Positions 49,104 through 57,693 of a stretch of 57,693 nt of DNA are shown here, piece after piece; position 1 is the stretch's first letter; each line of letters starts with the position of its first letter. The notes under the pieces were generated by a model, which made no database searches, was not told the DNA's origin, and worked only from the letters and a program-made list of their open reading frames with translations. The position numbers and the translations under genes were made by a program. The stretch is from Acidobacteriota bacterium (lineage in GTDB: Bacteria > Acidobacteriota > Vicinamibacteria > Vicinamibacterales > UBA2999). Location of the stretch: contig JAHFUO010000012.1 in NCBI GenBank assembly GCA_023265015.1, positions 1 through 57,693 of the forward strand, given 5' to 3'.

Positions 49104-50290
49104 TGTCCGGTCGCGCGCTGAATGACCAGCTTCAGCTGCATCCGCCGTCCGTCACGGATGACGTCGAGCGTCGCCGTGCTCCCGATTGGCGCGTCCTGGA
49201 CGAGCCGTGACAGGGGGCCGGTGTCGTTCACCACCGCGCCGTTGAAGCCGGTGATGATGTCGCCGGGACGCAGGCCGGCGTCATAGGCGGCCGCATCCCG
49301 GCGCATCCGCTGCACGAAGACGCCGCGCGCGTCCGGGGCGCCGAGGTTGGAGGCGTCCTGCGTGGTCAGCGGTGCGAACTCGACGTAGCCGATCGATCCG
49401 CGGCGCACCTCGCCGTACTTCAGGAAGTCGGCGACGACCCGGCGCGCGAGATTGCTCGGGATCGCGAACCCGACGCCCTGGTACCCGCCGCTCTCGCTGA
49501 AGATCGCCGTGTTCACGCCGACCAGCTCGCCGCGCGCGTTGACCAGCGCGCCGCCCGAATTGCCCTGGTTGATGGCGGCGTCCGTCTGGATGAAGTCCTC
49601 GTAGCCCGAAATGCCGAGACTGGTCCGGCCGAGCGCCGACACGATCCCGAGCGTGACGGTCTGACTGAGCTGGAACGGGTTGCCGATCGCGAGCACCCAC
49701 TGCGCGACCTTCAACTGCGACGAGTCGCCCCACGGCATCGTCGGAAGACCCTTCACGTCGATCTTGAGCAACGCGAGGTCGGTGATCGGATCAACGCCGA
49801 CAATCTGCGCGCGCATCTCGCGCTTGTCGCCGAGCGCCACGCTGATCGCCGGCAGCTGACGCAAGGAGATGCGTCCCGATTCACCAGCGACGACGTGGTT
49901 GTTCGTCAGGATGTAGCCGTCGGCGCTGACGATGACGCCGGAGCCGAGGCTGCGCTCGACGTCACGCCGCGGCCCGTAGAGGTCGCTGTCGTCGCCAAAG
50001 AAGTAGCGGAAGAACGGATCGTTCGAGAACGGGGAGTTCTGGCGCGCGATCACCTGCGTCGAGGAGATGTTCGCGACCGCGGGGACCGTGCGCGTCGCCA
50101 CCGCGCTGAAGTCGGGCAACGCGGCCGACGCCGGCCCGGCGGCGGTGACGGCCGGACGCGACGCAGACGGGGCCTGCGGCGGGTTGTCGGCTGCACCGGT
50201 GGCCGCGCGCATCCGCCCCGTCATCACGAGGCCCGCAAGGAATCCGCACCCGAGGATCAGGAACGCGAGGATCAGGCGCCGCGCTTTCAC
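49100..50290 (-). CDS. htrA: HtrA/DegP-family periplasmic serine protease with a PDZ domain
   Basis: TNNHVV (His), GNSGGALV (Ser), C-terminal PDZ. Confidence 0.9.
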   Translation of the reverse strand: MKARRLILAFLILGCGFLAGLVMTGRMRAATGAADNPPQAPSASRPAVTAAGPASAALPDFSAVATRTVPAVANISSTQVIARQNSPFSNDPFFRYFFGDDSDLYGPRRDVERSLGSGVIVSADGYILTNNHVVAGESGRISLRQLPAISVALGDKREMRAQIVGVDPITDLALLKIDVKGLPTMPWGDSSQLKVAQWVLAIGNPFQLSQTVTLGIVSALGRTSLGISGYEDFIQTDAAINQGNSGGALVNARGELVGVNTAIFSESGGYQGVGFAIPSNLARRVVADFLKYGEVRRGSIGYVEFAPLTTQDASNLGAPDARGVFVQRMRRDAAAYDAGLRPGDIITGFNGAVVNDTGPLSRLVQDAPIGSTATLDVIRDGRRMQLKLVIQRATGQ

Positions 50291-50291
50291 G

Positions 50292-50699
50292 TCAGGACAC
50301 GCGAATGCGCCGCGCGCTCCCTTCGGCTTTCGGACAGGTGACCGTGAGCACGCCGTCGCGAAGATCGGCCGTGATGCCGTCGGTGTCGACGGGATGCGGG
50401 AGCTCGAACGCGCGGCTGAAGCTGCCGTGGCCGCGCTCGACGCGATGGTACTGCTCGCAGGAGACGCCGCTCTCGGGGCGCACGCCCGAGAGCCGGAGCT
50501 GGCCGTCGCTCACGTGGATCTGCACATCGTCCTGGCTCAGTCCGGGCAGCTCCGCGGTGAGGACGTACGCATCGGCGGTTTCGTGGAGGTCGATGGGGGG
50601 AACCCAGCCGGCAGGGCCGGGCGCGAAGCGGTCGAGCCGCTGCTGGATTGCCAGCAGGTCGCGGATCGGATCCCAGCGCGCAAACGCCACGACCGGCAT
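50292..50699 (-). CDS. Hsp20/alpha-crystallin small heat-shock protein
   Basis: RWDPIRDL..., alpha-crystallin domain with GVLTVTCPK. Confidence 0.9.
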   Translation of the reverse strand: MPVVAFARWDPIRDLLAIQQRLDRFAPGPAGWVPPIDLHETADAYVLTAELPGLSQDDVQIHVSDGQLRLSGVRPESGVSCEQYHRVERGHGSFSRAFELPHPVDTDGITADLRDGVLTVTCPKAEGSARRIRVS

Positions 50700-50755
50700 C
50701 CTAGCATAGGCATTCGGTGTGCTACGATCCTTCAGATCTGCCGTCGACGAAAATC

Positions 50756-51319
50756 ATGGCATCCCTACAAGCCACACGACTCAAGAAAGGCATGCTGGTG
50801 AAGATCGAGAACGACCTGTTCAGGGTCCTCGAGCTCCAGCACGTGACGCCCGGCAACCTCCGCGGATTCGTCCGCGTGAAGTTCAGGAACATCCGCAGCG
50901 GCGCGCTGGCGGACCAGAAGCTGCGCTCGGAAGATACGGTGGAGCGCGCGACGCTCGACGAGCGCCAGATGCAGTACCTCTACCAGGACGGCGACGACTA
51001 TTACTTCATGGATACGACGTCGTTCGAGCAGACGCACATCACGAGCGAGGCGCTCGGCGAGTCGGTCAATTACCTGAAGGCGGAAATGATGATCCAGGTG
51101 GAGTTCTACGGGAGCGAGCCGGTGGGCATCGAGCTGCCGCCGGCGGTCGATCTGAAAGTGCTCGACACCACGCCCGGCATCAAGGGGGCGACCGCGAGCA
51201 ACCAGGTGAAGCCGGCGACGCTCGAGACCGGCCTCGTCGTGAACGTGCCGCCGTTCGTCAACTCGGGCGACATGATTCGCGTGAACACGGAGACAGGGGA
51301 GTACCTGTCACGCGCGTAA
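50756..51319 (+). CDS. efp: elongation factor P
   Basis: LKKGMLVKIENDLFRVLELQHVTPGNLRGF..., DTTPGIKGATASNQVKPATLETG. ATG 50756. Confidence 0.95.
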   Translation: MASLQATRLKKGMLVKIENDLFRVLELQHVTPGNLRGFVRVKFRNIRSGALADQKLRSEDTVERATLDERQMQYLYQDGDDYYFMDTTSFEQTHITSEALGESVNYLKAEMMIQVEFYGSEPVGIELPPAVDLKVLDTTPGIKGATASNQVKPATLETGLVVNVPPFVNSGDMIRVNTETGEYLSRA

Positions 51320-51320
51320 T

Positions 51321-51407
51321 AACCGCGAAGACCACGAAAACCGCGAAGGTCACGAAACAAACCTTTAGAATATTTCGTGTGCTTCGAGATCTTCGTGATT
51401 TCGTGGT
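51321..51407. repeat. oligomer-array hairpin, family C
   Basis: Left aaccgcgaagaccacgaaaaccgcgaaggtcacgaaac. Right atttcgtgtgcttcgagatcttcgtgatttcgtggt. Confidence 0.8.
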
Positions 51408-51417
51408 GTAGATACGT

Positions 51418-52065
51418 ATGGACGTAGTCCGGCACCAACCCAATCAGGGCTGGATTGAAGTCATCGTCGGCAGCATGTTCAGCGGCAAGAGCGAAGAGCT
51501 GATTCGCCGCCTGCGCCGCGCGCAGATCGCGCGCCAGAAGGTCCAGATCTTCAAGCCGACGGTCGACACCCGGTACGCCGACGACGATATCGTCTCCCAC
51601 AGCGACATGCGGATCTCCTCTCGCGCGGTCAGCACCTCGCGCTCGCTGCTGGACCTGGTCGAGACGGACACCGAGGTCGTCGGGATCGATGAGGGGCAAT
51701 TCTTCGACCAGGAGCTGCCGGCCGTGTGCAACGAGCTTGCGGATCGCGGCACACGCGTCATCGTGGCGGGCCTCGACCAGGATTATCTCGGCAAGCCGTT
51801 CGAGCCGATGCCGCAGCTGCTCGCGATCGCCGAGTACATCACCAAGACCCTCGCGATCTGCATGGTGTGCGGCAACCCCGCCAATCACACGCAGCGCCTC
51901 GTGTCGAGCGGCGACCGCGTGCTCCTCGGCGCGCAGGGCACCTACGAGGCGCGCTGTCGTGCCTGTTTTGATCCGAGCCTTGCGGGTGTACCGGCAAAGC
52001 CCAAATCCCACGCCCCAACAGAGGCCCGATCCCCGATCCCCAATCCCCGATCCCCGAAGGTGTAG
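51418..52065 (+). CDS. tdk: thymidine kinase
   Basis: [13 protein letters not shown]-loop, IDEGQFF, C-terminal CMVCG...CRAC zinc motif. The last 13 or so codons run through a heptamer array. Confidence 0.9.
   Translation: MDVVRHQPNQGWIEVIVGSMFSGKSEELIRRLRRAQIARQKVQIFKPTVDTRYADDDIVSHSDMRISSRAVSTSRSLLDLVETDTEVVGIDEGQFFDQELPAVCNELADRGTRVIVAGLDQDYLGKPFEPMPQLLAIAEYITKTLAICMVCGNPANHTQRLVSSGDRVLLGAQGTYEARCRACFDPSLAGVPAKPKSHAPTEARSPIPNPRSPKV
52025..52059. repeat. one-armed heptamer array (CCCGATC units), C-rich on + strand
   Basis: cccgatc cccgatc cccaatc cccgatc cccgaag, preceded by aaagcccaaatccc. Confidence 0.8.
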
Positions 52066-52069
52066 TCCC

Positions 52070-52633
52070 ATGGGGTTGCAGGTTCTCCTTCAGCAGATCC
52101 TCTTTTTCTTCGGCATCGGCTTTTTCATTGCCAACGTTCTGGTCATCGCCGACCTCCTGCGCTTCCGGCTCCGCAGGCGATCGGCGCTGCTCGTGTGGCA
52201 GGGTGAGAAGCCGCGGTTCTACGGCTTCAGCCTCGCGCTCGGCGTGATGCTCGGGCTGCTGTTTGCCTTCAAGCTGTTCGTCCAGCACCGGCCACTCAAC
52301 CAGCTGTTCGGCGAGACCATGATGTTCTTCTATTACGCGTATGCGTTCCCGTTGAGCACGCGGATCGCGCGGGGATTCTACGACGACGGGATCTGGTCCG
52401 ACAGCGGGTTCATGAAGTGGGCGCAGATCTCGGCGGTGTCGTGGAAGGAGGAGGGGGCGGTGACGCTTGTTCTCATCTCGCATTTCCGCAACATCGCGCG
52501 ACGGATGACGGTGCCAGGCAACCTGTACGGCCAGGCACGGCGGCTTCTCAGGGACAAAATCAAGGCGCATGACATTCATATCGGGGGCACCGGGCTCGAT
52601 CTCGGGAGTCGGGACGAGGCGGATGCTGTTTGA
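52070..52633 (+). CDS. hypothetical membrane protein
   Basis: ATG 52070 within ORF 51689..52633. Three or four hydrophobic helices (ILFFFGIGFFIANVLVIADLL, FYGFSLALGVMLGLLFAF). Confidence 0.55.
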   Translation: MGLQVLLQQILFFFGIGFFIANVLVIADLLRFRLRRRSALLVWQGEKPRFYGFSLALGVMLGLLFAFKLFVQHRPLNQLFGETMMFFYYAYAFPLSTRIARGFYDDGIWSDSGFMKWAQISAVSWKEEGAVTLVLISHFRNIARRMTVPGNLYGQARRLLRDKIKAHDIHIGGTGLDLGSRDEADAV

Positions 52634-52634
52634 G

Positions 52635-52871
52635 GGTTCTCGGGTGCACGGGTGCACAGGTGCACGGGTTCGGTTCACGGGTTCACGGGTGCACGGGTTC
52701 ACGGGTTCGGTTCACGGGTTCACGTTGACGGGACCCTGGTTGAAGGGTGCTCGGGGCGGTTCAAGTTCTTCATTTGCATCGACTTCACGAACCCGAACCC
52801 CACCCGTGAACCTCGAACCCGAACCCTCGAACCGAACCCGTGCACCCGTGCACCCATGCACCCTGAGAACC
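52635..52871. repeat. oligomer-array hairpin, family A, largest copy (about 237 bp; termini GGTTCTCGGG...CCCTGAGAACC)
   Basis: Left arm is tandem GGGTGCAC/GGGTTCAC/GGGTTCGG octamers. Right arm is the reverse complement (gaacccgaac..., gtgcacccgtgcaccc). Ends 16 nt before the ku start. Confidence 0.85.
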
Positions 52872-52886
52872 GATAATCTCGTTCGT

Positions 52887-53759
52887 ATGCCTCCCCGCCC
52901 GACGTGGAAAGGTTTTCTGAAGGTCAGCCTCGTGAACATCCCGGTCAAGGTGTTCCCGGCGACCGAATCGGCGGCCGCGATCTCCTTCAACCAGCTTCAC
53001 GCCGAGTGTCAGACGCGCATCCAGCAGAAGCGGTGGTGCCCCCACTGCGACCGCGAAGTGCCCAACTCCGAGCTGGTCAAGGGATACGAGTTCGAGAAAG
53101 GCCGCTACGTCATCGTCGGCGACGAGGATATCGAGAAGGTCCGCGTGGAGTCGACGCGCGTGATCAACCTCGTCCAGTTCGCAGACGACTCCGACATCGA
53201 TCCGATCTACGTCGATCGCGCCTACTACCTGGCGCCCGATGGCCCGGTCGCCGCCGACGCGTTCGCGGTCATGCGCGAAGGGATGGCGGGGAAGGCGGGC
53301 ATCGGCAAGATGGCGCTCTACGGGCGTGAGTATCTCGTCGCGGTGCGGCCGCAGAAGAACGGGCTCGTGATGTACACGCTGCATCACGACGCCGAGATCC
53401 GCAGCATCGATCAGATCGAGGAGCTCAACTCCGTGCCGGCCAAGGTGAAGCCGGAGGAGATCAAGCTGGCGAAGCAGGTGATCGCCACCTTCGACGGCGA
53501 GCTCAACCTCAAGGATTACAAGGACGAGTACAAGGAAGGCCTCCGGCAGATCATCGACGCCAAGATCGCGGGAGAAGAGATCGTCGCGCCCGATGTGCAA
53601 GAGCCGCCGCGCGTCGTCGACCTGATGGAAGCGCTGAAGCGCAGCCTCGACTCGGTCAGCCGGAAAAAGAAGAAGCCGGCGAAGGCGGAGATCAAGAAGA
53701 TCGCCGCGAAGGCGGCGAAGGGCGCTGCGAACGGCACGAAGAAACGTCGCGCAGGCTGA
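52887..53759 (+). CDS. ku: non-homologous end-joining protein Ku
   Basis: RPTWKGFLKVSLVNIPVKVFPAT, YYLAPDG, Lys-rich C-terminal tail. ORF 52569..53759 trimmed to ATG 52887. Confidence 0.9.
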   Translation: MPPRPTWKGFLKVSLVNIPVKVFPATESAAAISFNQLHAECQTRIQQKRWCPHCDREVPNSELVKGYEFEKGRYVIVGDEDIEKVRVESTRVINLVQFADDSDIDPIYVDRAYYLAPDGPVAADAFAVMREGMAGKAGIGKMALYGREYLVAVRPQKNGLVMYTLHHDAEIRSIDQIEELNSVPAKVKPEEIKLAKQVIATFDGELNLKDYKDEYKEGLRQIIDAKIAGEEIVAPDVQEPPRVVDLMEALKRSLDSVSRKKKKPAKAEIKKIAAKAAKGAANGTKKRRAG

Positions 53760-53787
53760 ACCTGCGCCCTACGGGCACAAGCGATTT

Positions 53788-55074
53788 CTAGGGCACCCGC
53801 GCTGCGTTTGCCTGGCCGGTGACGAACGCACCGCGCTGCTGGGCGAAGGCGGTGAGATCGCGGATCGCCTGCTCGAACTCGTCGTTCGAGAAGTTCCTTT
53901 CGGGATCGCTCAACGCCGCACCTCGGATCTGGTTGGATTCCCGCTCGACCTCCCGTTCAAGCCACCCGCGCGGGTCGGCAGACCCTGCTTCAACTTCATT
54001 CGCCGATTTCACGCACTCGATCAGCGTGTCGAGGTACAGATCGTAGAGATCGCGATACGAGAGAGCGCGCGACAGAAGCCGGTTCCTCTGCGCCGCCGGC
54101 ACGTCTGTGATGTTGTGAAAGATGGGGTACTCGACGCCGCCCTTGAAAGCTTCGCTCTTATCCCATTCGATGAACGCGAACAGCTTCTGGTTGTCGAACC
54201 GGTAGAAATAGAAGTTGTTCATGCCGCCGTAGTCGCTGAGCAAACCGTCCTGATCGGAGAGAAACTTCTCGACAGCCAGGTGCCGGATGAATTTCGTGAG
54301 GTCGAGATAGGCGGTCATGGTCGACCGGAACGCCGCGTCGCCCGTCTGGTTGATGGTCTGCACGAGGTCCACAAGGAACTCCGGCCGTGGGTCGGTGTCG
54401 TGCGTTTCCGGCTTGAAGGGAAGCGGCACGTAGGATTTCGCGTCCGAACCGCGGTCTTCGAAGTAGTACGGCGCACTGTCGGCCGGGTAATCGTACTTGT
54501 ATAGGTAACCTCCGTCTTCGGCGAAGGTGCGCTTCAGGAAATCCTGGTCGACCGCTTCGACGATCAGATACAAGCCCGCATACTGATTGTTGATGAACAG
54601 CCTCGCATGCGCTTCGCGCGACGCGGGAATGTTCATCCGATGGAACAGCAGCATGCTCAACCGTTCGTGGAGGCTGGATGCATCCTGCGTGTTGTTTCGG
54701 AGGACGAACGACTTCAAGCCGAGAAACGATTGCTTGCTCGTGTAGCGATTGAAATCGACGCGCAGTCCCGGCTTGACGCCGCTGCGGCTGCCGGTTCCGC
54801 GTGAGCGAATGCCGACGTTGCGAAGGACCTGATCCCGCCAGCGAAAATCGCATGGGTAGTAGGTATCGTCCAGGTAGTGATCCTTCAGCGCCCGCCAATC
54901 CTTCGAATTGACGCTCAACGAAATGTCGTGAAGAACCGTGTCGTCGAAGAACGAGTCCGACGGGGCCGGCGTCGCCTCCGCTTGACCGATGACCAGATCC
55001 CTGTTGATCTGGCCGCGGACAACCTCGCCCGACAGGACCACCACAACAACGATGAGGAAAGGAAATCGCTTCAT
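53788..55074 (-). CDS. cotH: CotH-family (atypical kinase fold) secreted protein
   Basis: GIRSRGTGSRSGVKPGLRVDFNRY..., LRNNTQDASSLHERL..., INNQYAGLYLIVEAVD. Signal peptide from ATG 55074. Confidence 0.85.
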   Translation of the reverse strand: MKRFPFLIVVVVVLSGEVVRGQINRDLVIGQAEATPAPSDSFFDDTVLHDISLSVNSKDWRALKDHYLDDTYYPCDFRWRDQVLRNVGIRSRGTGSRSGVKPGLRVDFNRYTSKQSFLGLKSFVLRNNTQDASSLHERLSMLLFHRMNIPASREAHARLFINNQYAGLYLIVEAVDQDFLKRTFAEDGGYLYKYDYPADSAPYYFEDRGSDAKSYVPLPFKPETHDTDPRPEFLVDLVQTINQTGDAAFRSTMTAYLDLTKFIRHLAVEKFLSDQDGLLSDYGGMNNFYFYRFDNQKLFAFIEWDKSEAFKGGVEYPIFHNITDVPAAQRNRLLSRALSYRDLYDLYLDTLIECVKSANEVEAGSADPRGWLEREVERESNQIRGAALSDPERNFSNDEFEQAIRDLTAFAQQRGAFVTGQANAARVP

Positions 55075-55117
55075 TGTGTGTTCATCCCCAGAGTGATTTC
55101 CATGGGAACCGTGGCAA

Positions 55118-56653
55118 CTACAGGACGAACTGGAATCGAACGACCCGGCTCCAGGACGCACCGCCATTCGCCACGGGACTGGTTTCCCGATCTTCGACCT
55201 GTTCGCGGATCGCGTTGAACTGCAGTTTGACCCATCGGCTCACGATCCAGTTCACCCCCAACGTCAGAGCCCTCTCGCCGCGTGGAAAGATACTGTTCGT
55301 TCGGGGATTTCTGAAGGAGGCGTCCTTGTCCGCGCCATTGACGCTGTCGAACCACAACCGTTCGTAGCGGGCGGCCGCTTCCACGGCTCCAAACCCGCCC
55401 CGCAGCAGCTCGTTGGCGGCCTTCACGGGGCGCGACTTCGGTTCGCCGGTCAGGATCCAGGTGCCGGAGACGTACCAGGATCGTGCACGAGCGTCCGGAA
55501 GGTCTTGATCGCCGAGCCCTTGCTTCAGCCGGTCGTCTGTCACCCACATGAATTCGGAGCGCGCCGATGCCGGGCCCATCATCCAATCGATGTCGCCCTC
55601 CCATCGGCGTCGATGACCTTTGACGTACACCGGCTCATAGAACGTATCGTGGTTGAAGAGGGTCCGGCCGCGCAGTCCGTTCGGTGTGAATGAATCGTCG
55701 GACAGCGAGCTGATGGTGAGGGCGGTACCAAGCTCGAGGCTGCTGAAGAGCGCCTTGTTCAGCTTCCGAAGCGGCGTACCGGTGACGCGCGCCGCGAACG
55801 TCCCGTCGCCGCCCTTGATCTTCTTCGCGCGTACGTTGTCGCCATCGTGCCGGAACGCGCCAGCCCAGTAGTTCAACCCGCGCTTGAAGAACCGGCCGTG
55901 GAGCATCACGCCGGTGTCGCGCGCCGGCGCCAGGTTGCTCGCGCCAAGCGAGCGATACGCAAAATCATTGTGCGAATCGCCCGTGAGCTCGTCGAGGCTG
56001 AAGGGGACCTTGAACCGCCCGGCCTGGACCTGAACGTTATTGATGTAGCTGACATTCACGTCCACGTCTTTCCACAGTGACGTCGGTGTATAGCCGGCCA
56101 GCAGATCCTTGTCGGTCAGTTCCTGCTCGGTGAGCTCGCGCTCGGCCTCGTATTCGATGCGTTTGAAAAAGTACCCTTCGATGCCGACGCGATTGCGATG
56201 CAGCTCCCACAGGCATGTCGACGGAAGTGGTGTACTCGGACACGCGACACCCCTGGCGCCGGCGTACGACCCGTGCGCATCTTCCTGAAGCTTTGCCTGG
56301 ACATCGAGGCGAAACACCTTACCGTATCGGATCGACGGATGCTGCTTCCAGACGAAGTGGCCGGCGTCTCCGCCGCCATCGACGACCTGATCGGGGTCGA
56401 CCTCCTCGTCCGGAGCGATGGCGTCAGACTTTTTCTTCTTCTTCTTCTCCGGTTTTTTCTCCGACTTCCCGTCAGTAGCCTGGGCCGCCGCCTGCCCGAT
56501 ACCCAGGGCGGATTCATCGGCCGCGTTCCATCCCTGTGAACGCAGGACCGACGCAAACGACGGAGCGAACGCTTCAGTCGGATGCGGGACCGCGCCCGCG
56601 TTCATCGAGCCTGACGCGACAGTGGCGATCGCGACGAGTCCCTGAATCAACAC
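55118..56653 (-). CDS. outer-membrane porin, phosphate-selective OprO/OprP-like
   Basis: Signal peptide, Lys-run (KKPEKKKKKKSD), alternating beta-strand pattern, C-terminal ...VVRFQFVL. The family call is from overall pattern only. Confidence 0.65.
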   Translation of the reverse strand: MLIQGLVAIATVASGSMNAGAVPHPTEAFAPSFASVLRSQGWNAADESALGIGQAAAQATDGKSEKKPEKKKKKKSDAIAPDEEVDPDQVVDGGGDAGHFVWKQHPSIRYGKVFRLDVQAKLQEDAHGSYAGARGVACPSTPLPSTCLWELHRNRVGIEGYFFKRIEYEAERELTEQELTDKDLLAGYTPTSLWKDVDVNVSYINNVQVQAGRFKVPFSLDELTGDSHNDFAYRSLGASNLAPARDTGVMLHGRFFKRGLNYWAGAFRHDGDNVRAKKIKGGDGTFAARVTGTPLRKLNKALFSSLELGTALTISSLSDDSFTPNGLRGRTLFNHDTFYEPVYVKGHRRRWEGDIDWMMGPASARSEFMWVTDDRLKQGLGDQDLPDARARSWYVSGTWILTGEPKSRPVKAANELLRGGFGAVEAAARYERLWFDSVNGADKDASFRNPRTNSIFPRGERALTLGVNWIVSRWVKLQFNAIREQVEDRETSPVANGGASWSRVVRFQFVL

Positions 56654-56775
56654 AGCGCTTCACCTCTGATAGACGTGACGTTGGCCACCGAAGACGACTT
56701 GGCTGATCGCAATCTTATACTACGAAATCTTCCAAAGGAATCGGCACAAAACGACGTGTGGTGCCCTGCGAATCG

Positions 56776-57543
56776 TCAGAATCGTTCCCACAGGCCCATC
56801 CCGTGCGCCGTCGGATCGTGGATCCAGTCTGGTGGCGTGAGCCACACGAACGCGAGGATCGCGATGACCCACAGGTCGTAGGGAAGGGTCGTCCGCTCGT
56901 CGGTCCAGAAGAACGCGCGCCAGCACACGCGGCTCAGCGGATTCGAGCCGCGGGGGACCGGCTTCGCGTTCAGCACGAGATGCGTGTAGTGAATCCGGTT
57001 GGCGACGGTCACGATCGACAGGATGAGGATGACCCACAGGACCGCGCCCATGCGGTTGGTGAATGCGCCGATCATGAAGAGCACGATCCGCTCGGGCCGC
57101 TCCATGAAGCCGACCTTGCACTTGCTGATGAGCGATTCGGCGCGCGCGCGCGCGTAGCTCGTCATGATCGAGAACATCATGGCCAGCGCGGCCACCATCA
57201 CGTAATCGGTACGCCGCAGGCTCGCGTAGAGATAAATCAACCCCAGGAACAGCGCGATGTCGGAGAAGCGATCGAGCGTCGAATCCCAGAAGGCGCCGAA
57301 CGGCGAGACGGTATTCGTCTCCTGCGCGACCTTGCCGTCGATGAAGTCGAAGATGTTCGCGACGATCATGATCAGGCCGGCCGGGAGGAAGCGGTTGACA
57401 CCGAGGGCGGTGGCGGCGGCGACATTGATGAGGACGCCGATGAGCGTGAGGGTGTTCGGGTGGATGCGCAGCGCCACGCAGGCCGAAATGATGGCCCGCA
57501 GCGGGAACATGCACACCTTCCCGATGAATCCGGTAAACGTCAT
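56776..57543 (-). CDS. CDP-alcohol phosphatidyltransferase family protein
   Basis: DFIDGKVAQ...GAFWDSTLDRFSD matches D-x2-DG-x2-AR...G-x3-D-x3-D. Confidence 0.85.
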   Translation of the reverse strand: MTFTGFIGKVCMFPLRAIISACVALRIHPNTLTLIGVLINVAAATALGVNRFLPAGLIMIVANIFDFIDGKVAQETNTVSPFGAFWDSTLDRFSDIALFLGLIYLYASLRRTDYVMVAALAMMFSIMTSYARARAESLISKCKVGFMERPERIVLFMIGAFTNRMGAVLWVILILSIVTVANRIHYTHLVLNAKPVPRGSNPLSRVCWRAFFWTDERTTLPYDLWVIAILAFVWLTPPDWIHDPTAHGMGLWERF

Positions 57544-57651
57544 TCGCCGGTGGTGATCACAGGTGTCGAGTCAGAACCGAACTCGGCATGGTAGCCCATG
57601 GCCATCCAGAACCTCAAGGATGAGACGGCGCGCGTGTACAATCGTCTTCTT

Positions 57652-57693
57652 ATGAACGCGATGCGCGCCGCCGTGATCGCCGGCATCCTGGCT
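57652..57693 (+). CDS. possible 5' end of a gene (signal-peptide-like), truncated by the window end
   Basis: ATG 57652: MNAMRAAVIAGILA... Only 14 codons are visible. Confidence 0.2.
   Translation, partial: MNAMRAAVIAGILA

Noticed and set aside
52635-52871. Considered whether the tandem arrays (here and at 4721, 9531, 24380 and others) could be CRISPR arrays.
   Set aside because: Units are only 7-9 nt with no unique spacers. The arms are mutually complementary. No cas genes or leader are present.
52569-52886. N-terminal extension of the ku ORF (…GSRVHGCTGARVRFTGSRVHGFTGSVHGFT…). Also ORF 4626..4898 and ORFs 52652..52876 and 52712..52990.
   Set aside because: These are translations of the octamer-array hairpins (periodic peptide, no start context). 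The Ku homology begins at ATG 52887.

Overview
57.7-kb, visibly high-G+C chromosomal segment. Gene content (a VWFA-related acidobacterial-type protein, OPT transporter, Rex, CotH, many secreted hydrolases) suggests an Acidobacteriota-like genome; this is inference. I call about 60 protein-coding genes, 3 pseudogenes or remnants and one tRNA-Thr(CGU). I saw no rRNA, CRISPR, transposase or integrase. Core content: lon; a fused homocysteine-methyltransferase/MTHFR next to an orphan nuoI; LytS/LytTR and NarL-type two-component pairs; lepB; a CDF transporter; a rex-moaC operon; OPT transporter; plsC; carD; prfC; uvrA; mpg; leuCD / LysR / a short leuA-like gene; an hsp20-htrA-mscS stress operon; efp; tdk; ku; cotH; an OprO/P-like porin. 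Accessory patches: (1) vapBC at 3985-4622. (2) An A/T-richer 2.3-kb island at 11980-14257 (HAD hydrolase, beta-class DNA methyltransferase, decayed MvaI/BcnI/MutH-like endonuclease), bracketed by two halves of a heptamer array. (3) A toxin-antitoxin graveyard at 30093-31670 (parE-like pair, a 5'-truncated PIN gene with an RHH antitoxin, and hicB beside an amber-inactivated hicA). The most unusual signal is structural rather than genic. Most of the larger intergenic spacers are filled, often edge to edge, by hairpins or one-armed arrays made of tandem 7-9-nt oligomers. These fall into several sequence families with conserved termini. Copies intrude into coding sequence: an in-frame (CCCGAAT)4 in uvrA, the tails or stop codons of several genes, and an entire predicted signal peptide. 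All one-armed arrays are C-rich on the given strand, and the complements of most fit the G-quadruplex consensus. All functional calls come from motif recognition by eye; no searches or computations were run.
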